Source: Balanoglossus misakiensis
Taxonomy: Eukaryota > Animalia > Hemichordata
DNA: 64,000 nucleotides
Direction: 5' to 3'
NCBI GenBank assembly: GCA_040954595.2
Contig: CM082591.2
Coordinates: 4,325,957 to 4,389,956 of the forward strand
Positions 58,301-64,000 of this stretch are shown here, one piece after another. A program made the position numbers and the translations under genes. Within the stretch, counting starts at the first letter, position 1. Each line of letters begins with the position of its first letter. The notes beneath the pieces are model-generated. The model was not told where the DNA came from, did not search any database, and was given only the letters and a program-made list of their open reading frames with translations.

Positions 58301-61300
58301 CATGGTAACTTTTCAGACGCGTACCCAATCTCTTTTGAGTAGTTTGGTAGTGCATATTACACAATGTTTCACAGAGCCACTTCATACTTTCTGTTCGTTT
58401 ATTTTCCATTGGATGTCTCTAGCTGTAGCGCTGGAAAATTCTGGCGCCATGGATCAATAAAATACCTGAAATTCCTGGTTGGAAAACTCATACCAAATAC
58501 ACTAAAACCTGTCTAAACCGAACCCTGTCGAAAATGGAAATCTGTCTATGCAAAACACCTTTCCTGTCCCTTTTACATAGAACCACATGTTAAAATAACC
58601 TCTATAAACCAGACACCTCTGTTAACTGAACAATTTCTTCAGTTCCTTTGGTGTCTAGTTTAGACTGGTTTTACTGTATTTCCTGTAAGTGCAGTTCAGA
58701 TTGAACCGGTGTACTGAAACTAGGATTTCATTTCGTTTATTTCTGTCAAGGTCAGCCACGTTTGATGTTAAGCTCCCGGGCATCAGTGTAATTCACAAAT
58801 AATTGTACCTACCACTTAGACAATTCATCATTCACAGCAAATCACAAATTACTTTCTTGACCTACAAAGGAGACATCTGTAATTTTATCAGACAGTAACT
58901 GTAATGATGTAAATGATTGATTTACATTGTGGTCTGATGAAGCGAAAAATACCCCAATGATATTGTAGCAAAAATACTGTGAAACTAAAAATGCTGTGAA
59001 AATCTGTGATTGGCCAGATCTCAATTTGCCATGGTAACTGTAGCTATATTTGCATCTAGGTGACCGTATACCTTTAACAACACTCAACATCTTAAATGTG
59101 AACAAGGCACCAGCGATGGGCCTCTCAGAGAAAAATCTGATGCACTGAAAGTCTATGACTGATTGCCAAGCATTGATGATGGATTTATCTAATAATGAAT
59201 GAGTCTAGCGGATTATAACATCCATTGTGCGATCATTCCTTTCATGTGTCTGATGTGAAAATAATCTGACAACATGTACATGAAGTACCAGTAGATGAAG
59301 GTCGAATTACAGAAACTAGCAACAAATCAGAGCAGTTTTGGACTTATAAGTCACCATTTCAATTTACATCAAACGTTTTCATACACTATGGATACGTATG
59401 CCACTCCACAGGCACTGATATTGCGAAAATTTCCTGTCGCGAAAATAGCCCCTTTTACAGTATTATAATCCATTATTCACTGCTTTGTACTCTTTTCTTT
59501 CTCTTTTCACTCTCAGGTTTGTCAAAAACTTGTCTCAAGATAAGATCAGCCTGAGTACACTGAAAGGTGAAGGCGACCTGAGTGACCTTGAGCTGGACGA
59601 GAAAGTGCTGATGGATTTATTAGATTTACCAACTTGGGTTGTACTTACAAAAGCTGTGTGTAACAGGGTACATATAAAGGTCAGTTTTCACCCTTTCTTT
59701 CATCAATCGTGTGTTTGTGTGTCATACAGAATTTGTTATCCTGTCCAAATTTAAATCCCATTGTGAATCTTGCAAACGCGCTATGTTGACTGTTTACCAG
59801 AAGTCTAGCATTTGATGTTTTTTGGATAAATTAATTAACCTAGGGACACTGTCTCTACAGGACATTTCAGCGACTTGAGTGGTACATATATTTACTTGCT
59901 GTCCTAGGGGTCCCTCAACTTCTTAATCAGTTCCCTTAGGTTGTACTTATTTTTCAGGCTCCCCTAGGTCATATTATATTTTCAGGGTCTTCGAGTTCTA
60001 ATACTGATCCAAAGTCAGTCACAATCCCAACTTGTAATTTTCTCGGTCTCCTGCCCTGAAACCATATCATAATTGCTCCCCTATGATACTATACTCAACC
60101 CTCTCATTTACAGTAACTAACTCTGATTCTTTGGTTGTCAGTTTTCAATCCCTCATAGCCTCCAGAATATGGGGGCTTCCCCTATTATTACGCACACTTG
60201 TGCACGTACTTGCAAGACTTCATAATAGACTCGCATAGCTGGCTTCCGTATGCAACCCCACAGTCTAGTTCTCATATTATAACGGTTTCATCTGACTACA
60301 TCAAGGAAATTTGATGAAATTCTACAGTGGGAGAGTTATGTTCGTTCTTCTGTGACCTTGAAATGCATAGTAACGTTCAGACGACGGGTATTTCATCATA
60401 GCCATGCAAATTACCCTCGTCTGTAGTTGGCAGTTTGAACGCTTGTGTTAAGTTTAAGACAGAGGATTACTGTACATGAACCAAGGTTTGCATTATTGAA
60501 TGAAACGATCGCCTACTGGTTTATTTGCGAGTATCGGTATGCTGTTATTTTTGCAGGAAACATACAAATATGCCATCATATTTCTGCTGGTACATTTCTG
60601 TCAGTATCGTAGCATGCGTATGTTTTAATGTGATATGTCTAATAAAAATTATGGAAAGGTGTCAACATTATCCTAGAACATATAATGTCCAAATGCTTAC
60701 ACATATCTTTAATTGGAGATTACACTTCAAAAAATATTTTGATTGTGTCTATAAGTACATGTAATTCTACTGTATATATGTATGTCATGGTCAATTTCAT
60801 AAAATGTCTTTTAAACAAATTGCGTCATTTCAGCCTGCGCTTACTGTGTTTATCTATATATTTGGTTTAAAAGCAATAGTGTTTAATGTGACCTAACTCG
60901 AGGGCGTTGCATTTGTACATTGCCGGAAATGTGTTCAAAGTGCCATTAATGGAAATTGAACGCAGTGTGTTGTACCAATGATTTCTGTATTGGCCCCACT
61001 GATTTCCGTCTGTAAGGCAATGCACTACTAGTAGCTTTCTGTGATTTATGATTTAGGACGTAATGGAGATGTTTTCAGAATTTCATCCAAAATTTCCATT
61101 TATGCTACATATGGGGTGATTTTCAAAAACCAAAACTGAAATAAAATTGGTCTTATATATTTCTAGATATTCAACAACAGAAAATTGCAATTCATATCGC
61201 GTACACATAATGTATGTTTGTATATTTTGTGTTCACCAGTAATGTACAAGTTAGCTTTTTGTATCCAGGGAGACTCGTTTCAAAATGTAACTTTGTGTTG

Positions 61301-63806
61301 CCTCGGGCGGTTGAAAACATAGTGCTCTTGCAAAATTGTTCAAATGGACTTAAAAAAAGAAAAATTAGACCACATAGGGATTTCGTATGATTTCTATACA
61401 GACAAACATGCTTAGAACTGTAAGTCACTTGGACTGACTGGCGCATCACTGGCGTCATTGTCTGTTCGTTCTTCCTCCTTTGTGTAATTGCATCGCATGT
61501 AGAATGCAATAGGCTTCTGTCGAATCTAGAATTCCACAGCGTTTATTGGCAAAATTAGCATCTTCTGATGCTTGTACCACCTGGAAAGAATGTCTTTTTC
61601 ACCTTGTGAAATAGGTCATCCCAATATGTTTCCCTTTGATCTTACCGAATAAACGTCGTACACTCAGAAGGGGAATGTTGCTTTTCGTAATAAACACACG
61701 ATAGACTTTCATAAATCTACATGTACCAGTACACGTACACCGGTACTCAATTTCACCAGTAAAAATAAAAGCAACCTCAACAATGTAATATTACAATATT
61801 GATCTGGTGATGTAGAATTCCCCTCAGGTTGTTGAACAAGCAGACAGTCTGATCTTTAAAAAAATGAACGCGAAATCTACTTCAGTATTTAATTTTTACA
61901 TCAGTAAGAACTTAACAAGGTAATGCTTTCAGACACCCAGTAGCAATCGATAATTTGAAATCCATTTCCCATGTACAGTTGCATAACTATGCAATCTCCT
62001 GTATTCGGTTCTGGTGATGTGGTATTTCTTAATTGACTGAAACTGACTTCCCACCATATTCCAACAAGTTTTATTTTGTGACAATCTCTGAGAGAGACCC
62101 TGTTCCTTAAAGGTATACGGTCACCTATAGAAATTTAGCTACCGTAACCATAGCAAACTTGAGAACCCTCAAATATGCCATTTCAGCCATATATGGGCGT
62201 ATGTAAATTGGAGGTGACCGTATACCTTTAAGGCTTGATAAATGATAGACGAGTTCTCTTGGCTTGCGTTCAGTATAGAGATTAGTCGGTGTGCAATGAT
62301 ACATCGGACTTGAGATCAGAAGAAAAAGCTTCCTTTAAGTGAGTTTACCGCGAGAAACAGACAGGAAATTGAAACACAAGACGCGGTCCGTTCTTCAGGA
62401 AGCCTTGTCGGTGAATTGCAACCACTCAAGAAAGCTCCTTAGCGAACTCGTTCTTCCAAGAAGGCTTTCAAAATCTTGCATCTGAGTTGCGGATATCGTG
62501 TGGTGTACTTTTTTCCCTTTCCTGTCGAAGAAAACGTTTGTACAGACAGACAGATTTGCATCAGTCGGCACTCCAAATCCAATTTAGCAGTTGTTTTTCT
62601 CTGAGAGACCACTCGACTGTGCTGGAAAGACAGGATGCCTACATGTTGACATTTTCCATTTCCCACCTGACTAAGTACTGAAGTACATCAAGACTTTACA
62701 ACCAGCATGAGACATACTATGTACAGTATGCCCCGCAGCCAACATGTTAACCGTACTCAGTTTAAGTCTAAGAGTGCGGGTGGCTTTTCCCATGCTGTTT
62801 TTCTTGTTCTTGGAATATTAACCCTTTCTCCACCATGGTTTGGTCCAAATCCAAAGGTTTTCTATAGCAAATTTGGACATCTATAGATGGAAACAGGGGT
62901 GAAAGGGTTAAAAGGACAAAGTCTCTCTCATTTTTGGCTACTTTAGATTATTTATTGCCGAAAATAATTCTTCATTTACTCATTAAATTAGGGGGGAGGG
63001 GGGTCTTTTCAAAATTGCCTTAAAATTAAGACTTTCAAAATGGCCGCCAAATTTGAGGTTCAAAATGGCCGCCTATATCTGTGCTTAGTCTATGGCATTC
63101 AAAATGGCCGCCAAATTTAGTGACTTTGACAATCTCTATGGTAAACATTATGGAGAAATTTTACTCATAGTTCAACCACACACACCTTCCATCCCACAAG
63201 ATGTAGACACAAGAGTGAAAAACTCACCAAAATGAATATTCGGTGTTTACCATTTATTCATTTTGGCGAGATTTTTACTCTCATATCCTACAAACGTGAT
63301 GGTTGAATGTTGATTCACTATATATCCACATGTGCATTAGCATAAACAGTGTAGTGAATCAAACATAATAAATGGGAAAAGAAGCGTGAGAGAGAGACTT
63401 TGTCCCTTTAAAGAAGGAACACAAGATCAAGTCAGCAATTCAACTTACATGTAACTAAAAGATTTTATTGTTTTAAAAGATTCTCATTTCATAAAAAATC
63501 GTTTGCTGTATCTTTCACAGATACCATGGACTAAACTTAAGACACATCCTGCCAGTCTGGTAAGTGGTGAAGACAAGTTTTTCTGACATTGTATTTTATC
63601 TGGGTTGACCTGTGTACATTCAAAGCAGGTGTAGAATGGCAAAATATGTCCATTTACAAGAATTACTGCGAGTTAAATTTATCAAGAGCCTTCATTGAGA
63701 ACCTTTCTTCTTTTTGTTCTTTTGACCAGTATCTAGATCAAGTTGAAATCGAAATGGAAATCACAGAGGAACTACGACAACAAACAGAATATGTACCATT
63801 GCACAG
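55352..63806 (+). CDS. BLTP3B: Bridge-like lipid transfer protein family 3 (UHRF1BP1/UHRF1BP1L, SHIP164), 5' part; gene continues beyond the window
   Basis: Exons 55352-55395, 59517-59679, 63521-63559, 63730-63806 give MASLIKNQIVKHLSKFVKNLSQDKISLSTLKGEGDLSDLELDEKVLMDLLDLPTWVVLTKAVCNRVHIKIPWTKLKTHPASLYLDQVEIEMEITEE.., the chorein-N start of BLTP3A/B. Confidence 0.93.
58500..58676. mobile_element. Tc1/mariner-type MITE, TA-flanked
   Basis: TA-CACTAAAACCTGTCTAAAC...GTTTAGACTGGTTTTACTG-TA, imperfect TIRs. Confidence 0.75.
58997..59077 (-). mobile_element. MITE family A, half copy
   Basis: GAAAATCTGTGATTGGCCAGATCTCAATTTGCCATGGTAACT...GGTGACCGTATACCTTTAA. Confidence 0.8.
62107..62231 (+). mobile_element. 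MITE family A, internally deleted copy with both TIRs and TTAA TSD
   Basis: TTAA-AGGTATACGGTCACC...GGTGACCGTATACCT-TTAA, 117 bp between the TSDs. Confidence 0.88.
62818..62911 (+). mobile_element. MITE family D (piggyBac-like), full length, about 90 bp
   Basis: TTAA-CCCTTTCTCC...GGTGAAAGGG-TTAA. Confidence 0.85.
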
Positions 63807-63897
63807 GTAAGCCAAGATCCATAACTATGTAGTGGAACCTGGCATTATGGACACCTCTTTAATCAGGACATTTTTCTGTTCCTGCAGGTGTCCTTAG

Positions 63898-64000
63898 TTA
63901 AAGCGACAATAGATATCTTTTGGCTTTATTTCCAGTATTTTTGTTCTGTGTATCAAATGCAATGTCTTTCTCTTGTCCAAACAGCATGCTTATGTACCCA
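63898..64000 (+). mobile_element. MITE family B copy truncated by the window end
   Basis: TTAAAGCGACAATAGATATCTTTTGGCTTTATTTCCAGTATTTTTGTTCTGTGTATCAAATGCAA matches 32966 onward. Confidence 0.75.

Overview
Intron-rich, AT-rich animal genomic DNA, not prokaryotic; gene content suggests a non-vertebrate deuterostome such as a hemichordate or echinoderm (inference). By hand-assembling GT..AG exons with consistent phases I find: (1) a possible 3' end of an unidentified gene at 27-633; (2) an intronless dienelactone hydrolase/CMBL-like gene at 1986-2795 (+) interrupted by one in-frame TAG where homologs have Trp; (3) a 30-exon sulfonylurea-receptor-like ABC transporter (ABCC8/9) at 3272-15710 (-), 1587 aa; (4) an intronless RING-BBox-CC-filamin-NHL TRIM gene at 17515-19737 (-); (5) a 21-exon OSBPL8/OSBPL5-type lipid transfer gene at 20604-50664 (+), 900 aa; (6) the first four exons of BLTP3/UHRF1BP1(L) from 55352 (+), running off the window. 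Introns hold several MITE families (TTAA-, TA- and ~8-bp-TSD types), a tRNA-derived SINE, microsatellites and palindromes. The most interesting signal is a 37-nt OSBPL8 micro-exon behind a 216-nt AG-free zone with a distant branch point: inclusion gives a long form with an acidic N-terminus, skipping closes the frame at once with TAA TAA and leaves an internal Met at residue 43, mirroring the mammalian ORP8L/ORP8S pair. No CRISPR, rRNA or intact tRNA genes were seen. All gene models are manual and lack transcript confirmation.
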